DNA of 64,000 nucleotides from Alphaproteobacteria bacterium. Its GTDB lineage: Bacteria > Pseudomonadota > Alphaproteobacteria > UBA6615. The notes below the pieces were generated by a model, which was given only the letters and a program-made list of their open reading frames with translations, was not told the origin of the DNA and searched no databases. The position numbers were made by a program, and so were the translations under genes. Of the stretch, positions 48,713 to 58,680 are shown in pieces. The first letter of the stretch is position 1, and each line of letters opens with the position of its first letter. The stretch lies in NCBI GenBank assembly GCA_965261975.1, contig CBDHEC010000050.1, forward strand, positions 11,107-75,106, in the 5' to 3' direction.

Positions 48713-50116
48713 ATGGGAATTGTTTCACGAATGCTGCAGACCGCCGCTCTCGCCGCGGCGATAACGCTCACATCTGCCCCGCCGTCCGTCGCCCAGGGCG
48801 CCAGCTCCCCTGTCCCCGGGTCCGAGCTCAGCAATTCCGAAGTCCAGACCCTCGCGCGCCAGATACTTCAACTCGGCACATTGGAGCGCAACGGCGTGAT
48901 GGCGCGCCTGGTAGACCGGGGAGACACCGACGTGGTCCCCGCATTGATCCAATCCCTGCGGTTTCTGGGCCAGGACCCCTGGTCGATTGTAGACGCATTG
49001 AAGGTCCTGACCGGCGAAGATCATGGCACGCGCTGGTATGACTGGGTCCTGTGGCAGGAAGGACGACCAGACATCACCCCGTTCGAGGGCTTCGATGAGT
49101 ACAAGTCCTGGGTCTACTCGCATATCGACCCGAACCTCGGCGCATTTCTCTATGCCGACATCCCGCACACGATCAGGCTCGAGGAAATCACCTGGGGTGG
49201 CGTCATCAAGGACGGGATCCCGGCGCTGGTCAATCCGACGCTGATTCCGCCTTCAGAGGCCAGCTACCTCACCCCCGACGAGCTGGTGTTCGGCGTCGAA
49301 ATCAACGGCGACGTGCGGGCATACCCGCTTCGCATGATGGACTGGCACGAGATGTTCAACGACGTGATCGGCGGCGTTCCGGTCGCGCTCGCTTATTGCA
49401 CCCTGTGCGGCTCGGGCATTCTGTTCGAGACCGATGTCGCGGGTCGCGAGGCACCGTTCGAATTCGGCTCGTCGGGATTTCTGTACCGGTCCAACAAGCT
49501 GATGTTCGACCGGGAAACGGACACGCTCTGGAACCAGTTCACGGGCAAGCCTGTCGCCGGGGAACTGGTGGGGTCGAATATCGAGCTCAAGGTCCGCCCG
49601 GTGGCCATCACGAGATGGGCCAAATGGTTCGCGCGTCATCCCGACACGACGGTCCTGTCGCTGGATACCGGGTTCGACCGCGACTACACGCCGGGTAGAC
49701 CCTATGCGTCCTATTTCGACAGCCCCGACCTGATGTTCCCGGCCCGCGTCAACGATACCCGCCTTGCGGCCAAGGACTATGTCTTCGCGCTGCGCATGGG
49801 CGACGCAGAGAAGGCCTGGGCGCTCGACCTTTTCAAGGATAAGCCGGTGCTGAACGACACCATCGGCGGCCGCTCGATCGTGCTCGTCGGCGACCCCGAC
49901 TCCCGCACGGTTCGGGCGTATGAGACAGGCGGCAGCAACTTCACGGCCCATGACAGCAGTACCGAGACCCTCGTCTCGCAAGGCAACGACTGGCGCATCA
50001 CCGAAGCCGAACTGATCTCCGGCAGTGGTGAGACTCTCGCCCGTCTGCCTGGGCATATCGCCTATTGGTTCGCCTGGCAGAATCTCCGACCCGGCGCCGA
50101 AACCCGTTTCGAATAA
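48713..50116 (+). CDS. DUF3179 domain secreted protein with helical N-terminal extension
   Basis: Signal peptide; WGGVIKDGIPAL, RAYPLRMMDWHEMFND, YCTLCGSG, SGFLYRSNKLMFDRET.LWNQ, YWFAW. Confidence 0.88.
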   Translation: MGIVSRMLQTAALAAAITLTSAPPSVAQGASSPVPGSELSNSEVQTLARQILQLGTLERNGVMARLVDRGDTDVVPALIQSLRFLGQDPWSIVDALKVLTGEDHGTRWYDWVLWQEGRPDITPFEGFDEYKSWVYSHIDPNLGAFLYADIPHTIRLEEITWGGVIKDGIPALVNPTLIPPSEASYLTPDELVFGVEINGDVRAYPLRMMDWHEMFNDVIGGVPVALAYCTLCGSGILFETDVAGREAPFEFGSSGFLYRSNKLMFDRETDTLWNQFTGKPVAGELVGSNIELKVRPVAITRWAKWFARHPDTTVLSLDTGFDRDYTPGRPYASYFDSPDLMFPARVNDTRLAAKDYVFALRMGDAEKAWALDLFKDKPVLNDTIGGRSIVLVGDPDSRTVRAYETGGSNFTAHDSSTETLVSQGNDWRITEAELISGSGETLARLPGHIAYWFAWQNLRPGAETRFE

Positions 50117-50233
50117 GGGCTGATCACCAGGCAAAACCACATTGCATGGCAGGCCTCGCAGATCGCGACTCCCGCTGACCCAGGCTTTGGTCTAGGCTTT
50201 CCCCCAACGCGATGAAACAAGCGGGGGAAACCC

Positions 50234-50836
50234 ATGAAAACCACGAATTTCACGCCCGAGGAAATGGAGGCGCGGGTCGCGCGCTTCAAGTCGCTCAAGC
50301 CCCAGAGCAGCAGCTACGACGCCGAGGTCGGCATCCCGCAGGAAGTCTACGAGATGATGACCGCGCGCACGCTCTATCTGCTCATGTCACCGGAAAACCA
50401 GGGTGGGCCCATGGCGCAACATCCGGCGGTGACAACGGAAGACAAGATGAGCGTGATCATCGCCGAATGCCCGCCGGGCGACGGCCCCCTGCTCCACGCC
50501 CACCAATTCACCCGCGAGACCTTCTTCTGCCTGAACGGCCGGTTCAAGATTCAGTGGGGCGACGAGGGCGAGAACGAGACTTTCCTCGACCCGCTCGACA
50601 TGATCGCCGTGCCGCCCGGCGTGGTGCGCCGGTTCGAGAATGTCAGCGACGAGACCGCGCGCCTGCTGGTCTGGATCAACGGCGATTCCGAGGAAGCCTT
50701 CAACGACATCGACCACCCGCAGATCGAGGCGGACCGGCTGGCCGAGAAGTTCGGCGACGAGACGCTGGAGAAACTGCGCGGGATCGGCGTCAGTTTCGAG
50801 GCCGGCGTCGAGGATGGGCGCGACGCGGCCGAGTAG
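50234..50836 (+). CDS. Cupin domain protein (same subfamily as the 15.6-16.8 kb pair)
   Basis: RVARF N-terminal motif, PGDGPLLHAHQFTRETF, AVPPGVVRRFEN. Confidence 0.85.
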   Translation: MKTTNFTPEEMEARVARFKSLKPQSSSYDAEVGIPQEVYEMMTARTLYLLMSPENQGGPMAQHPAVTTEDKMSVIIAECPPGDGPLLHAHQFTRETFFCLNGRFKIQWGDEGENETFLDPLDMIAVPPGVVRRFENVSDETARLLVWINGDSEEAFNDIDHPQIEADRLAEKFGDETLEKLRGIGVSFEAGVEDGRDAAE

Positions 50837-50857
50837 CAGCCGCCGGGAACCCAAAAC

Positions 50858-50885
50858 AAAAAAGGGCGCCATATGGCGCCCTTTT
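50858..50885. terminator. Bidirectional intrinsic terminator
   Basis: Perfect palindrome AAAAGGGCGCCATATGGCGCCCTTTT with A/T tails between convergent genes. Confidence 0.85.
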
Positions 50886-50907
50886 CCATATCCACATCAG
50901 GGAATGA

Positions 50908-52083
50908 TCAGCTCTCGACCCCGTCCCGGGCTGCAACCGGCTCCGCCGGAATACCCGTCGGGTTCTCCTTCCAGAAATCCTCATTGCAGTCCAATGTCGC
51001 GAACGGCATCACCATGGCCGGATTGAACGGTACGGGCTCTTCACCGGCGGCGATCTTCTGCGGCCATTCCGGATCGGCCAGCGCGCCCTTGGCGATGGCA
51101 ACGAAGTCCCCCTCTTCCTCGACGATGGCGCGATCGGCCAATGCGGGATCATGCAGCTTGCCGTTGGCGAACACGGGCAGGCCCGAATGGCGTCGCGCGA
51201 GACCCGACAGGGAGTGATCGGTGCCGAACACATGGTCGAGGCCCAGATGGGCGCTGCAGTCGAAGAAGTCGATGCCGGTCGCGGCGATCGACCCGAACAC
51301 CACCTTGGCGTCGTCATCTCCGCCCGGCCAGACATAGGTCAGATCGTTGACCTTGGTCTGTGAAATTCGCACACCCACCGGCACATCCGGGGCCGCATCG
51401 CGCACCGACTGCATCACCTCGCAATGATATCTCACGCGATTCTCGATCGGCCCGCCATATTCGTCCTCGCGCAGGTTGGTGTGCACCGTCAGAAACTGGT
51501 CAGGTAGATAGCCGTTGGCCCCATGGACCTCGATACCGTCAAAACCGACCTCGACCGCGCGCCGCGCGGCATGGCCGAAATCCTCGACCACCTGGGCCAT
51601 CTCCTCGCGGGTGATCTCCCGCGGGGTCTGGAAGCCGGTGCCCGCGCCGCGGTAGCGCGGGATCTGCTCGCCGATGGGGGTCACGGCCGAGGCCGAGATC
51701 GAGCCTTCAACCCAGTTATTGCCCTGGTTGATCGCCCCGCAATGGAAGATCTGCATGAAGATCGGCACGCCCTCGGCATGCACCGCATCGACGACCTTGC
51801 GCCAGCTTTCGGCCTGTTCGTCCGTCGCGATACCCGGCTGGTAGGTGTAGCCCTGGCTGTATTTGAGGTCGATATAGACGCCCTCGGTCATCACCATGCC
51901 CCATCCACCGCGTGCGAAACGGCCGTAATACTCGGCCATCTGGTCGGTGACGATGCCATCTTCCGTCGCGCTGGTGCGCGTCATCGGCGAGACAATACAG
52001 CGGTTCGGAAACTTGACCCCCTTGAGCTCTCCCGCCTCGAAAATATGCGGGTGCTTGTCCACACCCGGTCCACTCAACGTCAT
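50908..52083 (-). CDS. NADH:flavin oxidoreductase (Old Yellow Enzyme family)
   Basis: NRCIVSPMTR, QIFHCG, GFDGIEVHGANGYLPDQFL, NLREDEYGG, ALADPEWP. Confidence 0.92.
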   Translation of the reverse strand: MTLSGPGVDKHPHIFEAGELKGVKFPNRCIVSPMTRTSATEDGIVTDQMAEYYGRFARGGWGMVMTEGVYIDLKYSQGYTYQPGIATDEQAESWRKVVDAVHAEGVPIFMQIFHCGAINQGNNWVEGSISASAVTPIGEQIPRYRGAGTGFQTPREITREEMAQVVEDFGHAARRAVEVGFDGIEVHGANGYLPDQFLTVHTNLREDEYGGPIENRVRYHCEVMQSVRDAAPDVPVGVRISQTKVNDLTYVWPGGDDDAKVVFGSIAATGIDFFDCSAHLGLDHVFGTDHSLSGLARRHSGLPVFANGKLHDPALADRAIVEEEGDFVAIAKGALADPEWPQKIAAGEEPVPFNPAMVMPFATLDCNEDFWKENPTGIPAEPVAARDGVES

Positions 52084-52123
52084 TGTTCGTTCCCTCCGGA
52101 AATCTTCCTTGCGGCCGTTTAGT

Positions 52124-52969
52124 CTACTTTTCGATCGGTACGCCGACGAGGCTGCCCCACTCGGTCCACGAGCCGTCATAGCTGCGCACGCTGTCATAGC
52201 CGAGCAGCTGGGTCATGGTGAAATAGGCCAGGGTCGCACGGTGGCTGAGGCGGCAATAGGAGATCACGTCCTTGTCGGGCGTGGCCCCCCGCTCTTCCAG
52301 CAACGCCCGCAACTCGTCCTCGTCGCGGAACGTCATATCGTCGTTCAGGAACTCGTCGAAAAAGAGATGCTTGGCACCCGGGATACGCCCGGCGCGTTCG
52401 GCCCCCACATTGGGCGCGCCGATCATGTTGACCCGCTCGCCGTTATATTCCTCGGGGGAGCGGTGATCGAGCAATGCGGTCTTGCCGCTGGCCGCGACAT
52501 CATCGAGGCGCTCGATAATCTCGGAGAAGCGCACCCGCATGTGATCGTTGCGGACGGAACCCGGCGTGTAGGCCGCAGGCGTCGGCGTCGGCACTTCGGT
52601 CGTGGTCGGGCGCCCTTCCTTCTCCCACAACACGCGGGCACCATTCAGAAGGCGCACATCCTTGTGACCCAGATAGGTGAAAACCCACCAGCCATAGGTG
52701 CCGAACTGCACCGGGTCGCCGTAACAGACAACGGTCGTGTCGTTGGATATCCCGAGTTCGCCGCAACGTTTTGCAAACAGTTCCGGGGACGGGAAGTCGC
52801 GGATGTCGTCGTCCCACAGAAAATCCTTCCAGAAGAAGCCGTGGGCGCCGGGAATGTGCCAGACGTCATAGGATTCCGTGCCGGTCCAGTTGAACTCCAG
52901 GATCACCACGTTCGGATCGTCGAGATGCTCCTCGAGCCATGCGGGCTCCACCAACCTGTCCGATGCCAT
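52124..52969 (-). CDS. Sulfurtransferase (tandem rhodanese)
   Basis: HIPGA, GISNDTTVVCY, GRIPGA, active loop YCRLSHRA, YDGSWTEW. Confidence 0.94.
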   Translation of the reverse strand: MASDRLVEPAWLEEHLDDPNVVILEFNWTGTESYDVWHIPGAHGFFWKDFLWDDDIRDFPSPELFAKRCGELGISNDTTVVCYGDPVQFGTYGWWVFTYLGHKDVRLLNGARVLWEKEGRPTTTEVPTPTPAAYTPGSVRNDHMRVRFSEIIERLDDVAASGKTALLDHRSPEEYNGERVNMIGAPNVGAERAGRIPGAKHLFFDEFLNDDMTFRDEDELRALLEERGATPDKDVISYCRLSHRATLAYFTMTQLLGYDSVRSYDGSWTEWGSLVGVPIEK

Positions 52970-53076
52970 CGGTCTATCCCTCGTGTATTTGCGCAATGTT
53001 AGACTGAGCGCGATGTAACAGCGCCCGGCGACGAAAATCAATCGCAGCGGCCCCATTGCCTTGAAGGAACATCAAC

Positions 53077-53982
53077 ATGTCGATCCAGACCATCGGACTT
53101 GTCAGCACCGGAGATATGGGCCACGCGGTCGGCCGCACCCTTCGTGAAGGCGGGTTTAGGGTCCTGACCGCACTGGACGGCCGCAGCAAACGGTCACGCG
53201 ACCTGGCCGCACAAGCCGGGATCGAGGATGCCGGCGGCCTTGCCACCCTGGTCGAAGGGGTCGACCTCCTGATGTCGGTGATGCCGCCATCCGTGGCGGT
53301 GGAGTTCGCCACCGAGGTGGCCGAACTGATGACATCCACCGGCGCAACACCCTTGTTCGCCGACTGCAATGCGATCGCACCGGCCACGAGCCGAACCATC
53401 GCCGGCCTCATCACGGGTGCAGGCGCAGACTATCTCGACGCCGGTATCATCGGCATGCCGCCGGGACGCAAAAACCCGCCACGCCTGTATGTCAGCGGCG
53501 ACAACCCGGAACGTCTCGAAATCCTCGACCGCCCGGACATGATTGTTCGCACACTCGACGGCGGGGTCGGCACCGCCTCGGCAATCAAGATGTGTTACGC
53601 GGCCCTGAACAAGGGCGGGATGACCCTGGAGACACTGGTGCTGGTGGGGGCCGCCCAGCTCGGCCTGTCGGCGGAACTCCACCGGGAACTCGCCGACGCC
53701 CAGCCCCAGATGCTGGCGCGGATGGAGGGCCGTGTGCCGTGGCTTGCCGCGGACGCCGGGCGCTGGTCAGGCGAAATGCTGGAAATCGCAAAGACCTTCG
53801 CGGAAGTCGGGCTAACGCCGCTTATCCATGAAGGGGCCGCGGATGTGTTCGAGCTATTAGCCGAATCATCCCTGGCGTCAGAGACCCGTGAGACCGCCGA
53901 TCGGTCACGCAGCCTCGACGAGGCGATCGCCGCGTTTTCGGCTAGCCTTTCCGCCCGCGGCGCGACGGACCAGAACCCTTAG
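53077..53982 (+). CDS. NAD(P)-dependent oxidoreductase with DUF1932
   Basis: STGDMG, DCNAIAP, DAGIIG.PP, ASAIKMCYAALNKG, RWSGEMLEIAKTF. Confidence 0.88.
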   Translation: MSIQTIGLVSTGDMGHAVGRTLREGGFRVLTALDGRSKRSRDLAAQAGIEDAGGLATLVEGVDLLMSVMPPSVAVEFATEVAELMTSTGATPLFADCNAIAPATSRTIAGLITGAGADYLDAGIIGMPPGRKNPPRLYVSGDNPERLEILDRPDMIVRTLDGGVGTASAIKMCYAALNKGGMTLETLVLVGAAQLGLSAELHRELADAQPQMLARMEGRVPWLAADAGRWSGEMLEIAKTFAEVGLTPLIHEGAADVFELLAESSLASETRETADRSRSLDEAIAAFSASLSARGATDQNP

Positions 53983-54460
53983 ACGCCCGCCCGCCGCGCC
54001 CGCCGGCGGCACGTGACGCATTCGCCCGCGCCGCAGCGCCGCCGCGACCCGTCTTGCGCAGGAATTTCAGCAAGGCGTTCATCTCGCGTCGTTCGAAGCG
54101 CAGTTCCTCTTCCGCCTTGGCCTCGCCACGCACCGCGCGGATCTGCTGGTCGAGCTGGTTGATCACATTCTCGATCGCCCGGGTCACTTCATTCACCTGG
54201 CTCTTGTCGCGACAGCGGAGCACGACCTCCTGGTTCATCATCAGGTCGGAAAACGCATCCGCATCACTGTCCGCCAGCCGCGTCAGGGTGCGGTCGATCT
54301 CGGTCCAGGAGGCACGCCAGTCGGCATAGACCGTCGGCGCTTTCGCGCGGCCGCGCGCGCGGGCCACGGTCTCCAGCTGGACCATGATCCGGACAAACTG
54401 CCAGACGACGATGCGCAACTCGTTGGACGAGGCACCACCTTCCGTGTGGGACTTGTTCAT
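53942..54460 (-). CDS. Hypothetical helical protein
   Basis: MNKSHT start overlaps the SprT stop (ATGA) with GAGGA RBS; LRIVVWQFVRIMVQLE; basic Gly/Arg tail. Confidence 0.7.
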   Translation of the reverse strand: MNKSHTEGGASSNELRIVVWQFVRIMVQLETVARARGRAKAPTVYADWRASWTEIDRTLTRLADSDADAFSDLMMNQEVVLRCRDKSQVNEVTRAIENVINQLDQQIRAVRGEAKAEEELRFERREMNALLKFLRKTGRGGAAARANASRAAGGRGGRASKGSGPSRRGRKG

Positions 54461-54978
54461 TCGGGTGTTTCCTCGCGCAGGCGACCCCGGACGGGGCCGC
54501 AGTCGGCGCAGTAGCAATCCTTGAGACGTCGCCGGGGGCGGCGCACATAGTGATAGGCCTGCGCGCAACCGGTGCAGCGCCAGATGATTTTCGCATTGGC
54601 CTCGCGCGACAAATAGGGAATGCGATGGCGCACATTCGGCACTTCGCCGAGAAGACGCATCATCTCGCGCCACGGGGCGCCATGGCGGCACGGGCGTTCA
54701 TGGAAGAGATCCGCCAGCACATGGGCGCATTCATGCAGGAAAGTCGCATCGCGGTCTTCCTCGCAACCATTCTCCAGCAGGCGTGCATTCAACACGATCC
54801 GCCGATCGGCCGCATAGGCGGCCCCGGCCAAAGTCCGGGCGCGCCGGCTGACCACGACCACACAATCAAGCATCTCACGAAACGCCGGCCCCTTGTCGGC
54901 AGCCCGCGAGAGCCGCCCGGCCAGGCCCCAACGCTCGGCGATTTCGCGGACCGTGCCGATCTGGCGATGCCCGTTCAC
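54457..54978 (-). CDS. SprT-like zinc metalloprotease
   Basis: TLAGAA, IVLNARLL, TFLHECAH, HGAPWREMM, C-terminal CTGC...CADC. Start uncertain (GTG 54978; ORF open to 55107). Confidence 0.85.
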   Translation of the reverse strand: MNGHRQIGTVREIAERWGLAGRLSRAADKGPAFREMLDCVVVVSRRARTLAGAAYAADRRIVLNARLLENGCEEDRDATFLHECAHVLADLFHERPCRHGAPWREMMRLLGEVPNVRHRIPYLSREANAKIIWRCTGCAQAYHYVRRPRRRLKDCYCADCGPVRGRLREETPE

Positions 54979-55021
54979 GCGCGCGGCAACGGTCGCCTCA
55001 AGTGCGGCATTGGCGGATGCA

Positions 55022-55528
55022 TTAGCGGACAATGGAAATAACCCTCCCGGCCTGTTCCGGACGCGGCAGTTTATCATGCGTACCCGCGACCGCGTCGAGC
55101 CGCGCAAGCACCGCCTCGGGCATGGGCGCCGACCGCCGCGCGGTCATGTCCACATGCAGGCTGATCAGCTCGTTGGTCGAGGCGAGGTAGCCCTCATCGG
55201 CGTGATACATGAAATGAATGTAATGCAGTCGCTTGGCATCATGGGCCAGCAGTTGGGTTTCAAACCGCATGGGGGAGCCGGCCATAAGCTCGCGGTCATA
55301 CGTGATGTGTCCTTCCAGGGTGAAGGTCGAGGCATTACTGGCTTTCAGATACTCCTCGCCGAGCCCGACAGAGTCGAAGAACGCATCCGTCGCATGGTCG
55401 AAGGCCAGCATGTAGTAGGCCAAATTCATATGGCCGTTATAGTCGATCCAGTCCGACTGCACGCTTTCCCGATGAAGGGCCAGCGGTGCCGGCATGTTCG
55501 CCAGTTCTTCGGGGGTTTGCGCGGTCAT
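55022..55528 (-). CDS. Thioesterase family protein (4HBT/hotdog fold)
   Basis: WIDYNGHMNLAYY..AFD, FTLEGHITYDREL, DAKRLH, LHVDM..RRSAP. Confidence 0.9.
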   Translation of the reverse strand: MTAQTPEELANMPAPLALHRESVQSDWIDYNGHMNLAYYMLAFDHATDAFFDSVGLGEEYLKASNASTFTLEGHITYDRELMAGSPMRFETQLLAHDAKRLHYIHFMYHADEGYLASTNELISLHVDMTARRSAPMPEAVLARLDAVAGTHDKLPRPEQAGRVISIVR

Positions 55529-55591
55529 GGGCGGAGCATAATGGGTTGCTCGCGCTTCGCAAATGCCCGCCATATGCGGGCAAGGTGACGG

Positions 55592-56935
55592 TCACGGATG
55601 CAGGCGCAGCCGCCGCCCCATATCCGATTGGAAACGCCCCTTCGGGTCGATCCGGGCGAGCACGTCGCGGAACTCATCGAGGCGCGGGAACATCGCCGCA
55701 TATGTCTCGGCGGTCATCAGCGCATCCTTGGCGATGTACAGTCGCCCGCCATATTCGAGCGTGACCCGCTCGATCTCCTTGTGCAGGGCCTCGACACCCG
55801 CGCGCCGCGGCAGATCGATGGCATAGGCCATGCCGTCCATCGGAAACGACAAGAGGCCTTCACCCGGCCCGCGCATGGGTTTCATGACCGCGGCGAACGA
55901 GCCAGCCCGCGCAGACGTGATCGCCTCCATCACCGCGACGATCCCCTCGCGCTGGGTCTCGCGCGGAAACCCGGTATGGACCGAATAGAAGCCGCGTCGT
56001 CCATAGACGCGATTGAAACCCTCGATATGGTCGAGCGGAAACAGGTAGGGGCGCAGGTGAAGTCGCGCGTCGCGCCCGCCCGCCGGCATCTTGCGGTATC
56101 GCCGATCGGTGAAACGACGCAGGATCGCCGGGTGGAGGAGGATCGACGGCGGCTGGATGCGAATTCGCTTGGTCACCGGCGCGGCGGCCACCCCGTCGTC
56201 CGACGCGGCCAGGTTGCCCAGTTCCAGAATGCCCCGCCCGAGACCCTTTCCCGTCGCCATCGCATCCACCCAGCCAAACAGGAACTCGTGGGTCTCGCGT
56301 GATGCCTCGATGGTGTCGATCATGGCATCGACGTCGGCCAGTGGCCGGAACTGCGCATCGGCCGAACGGGACGGCACCCGCATCAGCCGGAAACAGACAC
56401 GCAAGATCGTCCCGGTCAGCCCCGCGCCGCCCAGGCTGGCGTGAAAAATATCGGCATTCTCGTCGCGTGAGGCACGAACCAGCTCGCCGTTTGCCAGCAT
56501 GATGTCGATCCAAAGAGCATGGTCGCCGAAACTGCCGACCCGATGATGGTTTTTGGAGTGGATATCATTGGCAAACGCGCCGCCAACCGTGACGCTCGCC
56601 GTCGCCGCAGACACCGGAAAACAGAATCCGGCGGACAAAACCTCGTCGAGAAGCATGGAGAAACTGACGCCCGCCTCGCAAACGATCTCACCGGTATCGC
56701 GATCAAAGGCGACAATGTGATTGAGCGCCGACGTCAGGATCGTCTGGCCGCCGTCATCCAGGGCCGCGTCGCCGTAACAGCGCCCGCCGCCATAGGTGAT
56801 CACACCCCTTGAATGATCGGCGACGACCGCGTCGCGGAGGGATGTCTCGTCGCCCGGCGCGATGGTCGAAGCGCGCGCAAAGCGGGATCGACCCCATGTC
56901 GTCAATGTCGTGTCGGTCCAGCTCAAACCGGTCAC
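55592..56935 (-). CDS. FAD-binding oxidoreductase, DprE1-like
   Basis: WGR, GGGRCYGDAA, VTVGGAFANDIHSKNHH..GSF, YLFPLD, LLSFPMDG, GGRLYIAKD, FQSDMGRRL. Confidence 0.88.
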   Translation of the reverse strand: MTGLSWTDTTLTTWGRSRFARASTIAPGDETSLRDAVVADHSRGVITYGGGRCYGDAALDDGGQTILTSALNHIVAFDRDTGEIVCEAGVSFSMLLDEVLSAGFCFPVSAATASVTVGGAFANDIHSKNHHRVGSFGDHALWIDIMLANGELVRASRDENADIFHASLGGAGLTGTILRVCFRLMRVPSRSADAQFRPLADVDAMIDTIEASRETHEFLFGWVDAMATGKGLGRGILELGNLAASDDGVAAAPVTKRIRIQPPSILLHPAILRRFTDRRYRKMPAGGRDARLHLRPYLFPLDHIEGFNRVYGRRGFYSVHTGFPRETQREGIVAVMEAITSARAGSFAAVMKPMRGPGEGLLSFPMDGMAYAIDLPRRAGVEALHKEIERVTLEYGGRLYIAKDALMTAETYAAMFPRLDEFRDVLARIDPKGRFQSDMGRRLRLHP

Positions 56936-56954
56936 CCTGGTTTCCTTCAGCCGT

Positions 56955-58043
56955 CTAGTCGCGACGCGCAATCACAGGACAGTTTACCAGAATGCCGTCC
57001 GATCCGATTGCCGCTCCCCCGGGCCCGTGCACCTTCCCGGCTGCCGCGAGCATTCGGACCATTTCCTCGCTTGTGATCCTATGCCGCCGATCCAGGCTGT
57101 CCTCGGCCCAAAGCACCGGATGGGAGGCCCAGAGCGGACTGTATCCGTCGCCGAGAGTCGGGATATCACCCGTGATGTTGAGCGGTGGCAGACCGTCGGC
57201 CAACGCACTTGCCAGTCCCTGCCGGGCGGGCTCGGGCTCACCGGTGACACCGTTGATCACCACGTAGATCGGCTCGACCGCGCTCTCGGGGGCATCGTCC
57301 AGGTCCGCGGGTATGTCCGACAGCCGCGGCGCAAGCGTCGCGCCCTCGAGCGCCGCCACGAGCGCCACGTTGGCCTCCGTCGACACATACTCGATCCGCT
57401 TGCCGCGCGCGAAACCGCTGGTCAACCTGAGCGTGACGGTGCCTTCGCGCGGGCAGATTCGGGTCACATTGTCATGGACCAGCGCGTGGTCGACCGACCC
57501 GCCACAAAAGCGGTTCAGCGCCGTTTCGGCGACATCAAACGCCAGGACCGGAGCGTTGTAGACATCGGTGCCGCCAGCGAGCCGTACGAGCGGCGTGTAT
57601 TCTTCATCGGCGATCGACCCAGGGCGCGCCTGCGCCGGTGGAAAGGGTCGCCCTGCGGGTCCGGCTTCAACACGCCGCGCGGGACCGAAGTCGACCGTGC
57701 CCGACGCGAAAACCCACGCCCCGTCCGCGGCGATAGTGGCGGGTCGCGCATCGTCCACGGCGTTGGCCAGCTTCCGCGACCAGTTGATGAGGCGCCGCCG
57801 GGCTTGCGCACGGTCGCTCGTATCGAGGACCACGAACCAGACCGCCTCGCCGCTGGCCATCCGCCCGCGCTCGAGCGGCAGGGTCACCTCGCCCGCGTCA
57901 AGATCAACGCTCGCCGCCGCAACGAGGTTGATTCCCGATTGCTGAGCCGTCGCGGTCGGCCCCGCCAGCAACAGGCCGAGCGTGAGTGCCACGAAAGCCG
58001 ACCATCGTTCTATCCGGGCCGGAAAAATTGAAAGAATGCTCAT
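56955..58043 (-). CDS. Secreted hypothetical protein
   Basis: Signal peptide (ATA-QQ); TLPLERG, WFVVLDTSD, YTPLVR, YVSTEA, YSPLW, C-terminal VNCPVI; codon usage consistent with host. Confidence 0.75.
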   Translation of the reverse strand: MSILSIFPARIERWSAFVALTLGLLLAGPTATAQQSGINLVAAASVDLDAGEVTLPLERGRMASGEAVWFVVLDTSDRAQARRRLINWSRKLANAVDDARPATIAADGAWVFASGTVDFGPARRVEAGPAGRPFPPAQARPGSIADEEYTPLVRLAGGTDVYNAPVLAFDVAETALNRFCGGSVDHALVHDNVTRICPREGTVTLRLTSGFARGKRIEYVSTEANVALVAALEGATLAPRLSDIPADLDDAPESAVEPIYVVINGVTGEPEPARQGLASALADGLPPLNITGDIPTLGDGYSPLWASHPVLWAEDSLDRRHRITSEEMVRMLAAAGKVHGPGGAAIGSDGILVNCPVIARRD

Positions 58044-58146
58044 GGACCGTTCCCCGTTCCGCAGGATCATACGAGCCCAACAGGACATATTCCCTTCGTG
58101 AACACCGGTGGGCGCAAATTGCTTCCCGTCGCGTATGCGCAGCACG

Positions 58147-58617
58147 CTAACGCAGTTCGAAGATAGCCTCGACCTCGGTCGCGACATCAAAGGGCATGAC
58201 AGCCGCCCCCATCGCGGTCCGCGTGTGTTGGCCCGCATCGCCGAAGATGTCGATCAGAAGTTCGGACGCGCCGTTCACAACCGCTGAAATTGCAGTGAAG
58301 TCCGGCACGGCGTTGACGTACCCCTTGACGTTCACGACACGGACAATCCGGTCGAGATCACCATCGAGGGCAGCGCGCGCCTGGGCGAGGACGTTGAGCG
58401 TCGAAAGCCGCGCTGAGGCCTGCCCCTCCTCAAGACTGAACTCCCGGCCCACCTTGCCGATAAAGCGCAACTCACCGTTCCAATCCGGCACCATGCCGGA
58501 AACATAGAGAAGCCGGTCCACGATCATGGTGGGCAGAATCTTCGCCACGCGTGTTTGCTGCGGGGTCGGCAAGACAATTCCAAGGTCTGTCAGACGGGAT
58601 TCAATAGTTCCGGACAC
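58147..58617 (-). CDS. RidA/YjgF family protein
   Basis: IESRL..LGIVLP, LYVSG, GKVG, VNGASELL..IFGDAGQHTRTAMG, EVEAIFE. Confidence 0.9.
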   Translation of the reverse strand: MSGTIESRLTDLGIVLPTPQQTRVAKILPTMIVDRLLYVSGMVPDWNGELRFIGKVGREFSLEEGQASARLSTLNVLAQARAALDGDLDRIVRVVNVKGYVNAVPDFTAISAVVNGASELLIDIFGDAGQHTRTAMGAAVMPFDVATEVEAIFELR

Positions 58618-58680
58618 GGCGCACCTGGCGGTTGTTTGATGCGCCACGTTAGTCAGCCGTCGGAGACCGAACAAGCCAAT

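Noticed and set aside
50858-50885. Perfect 26-bp palindrome as MITE/REP element
   Set aside because: Single copy with A/T tails between convergent genes; an ordinary bidirectional terminator.
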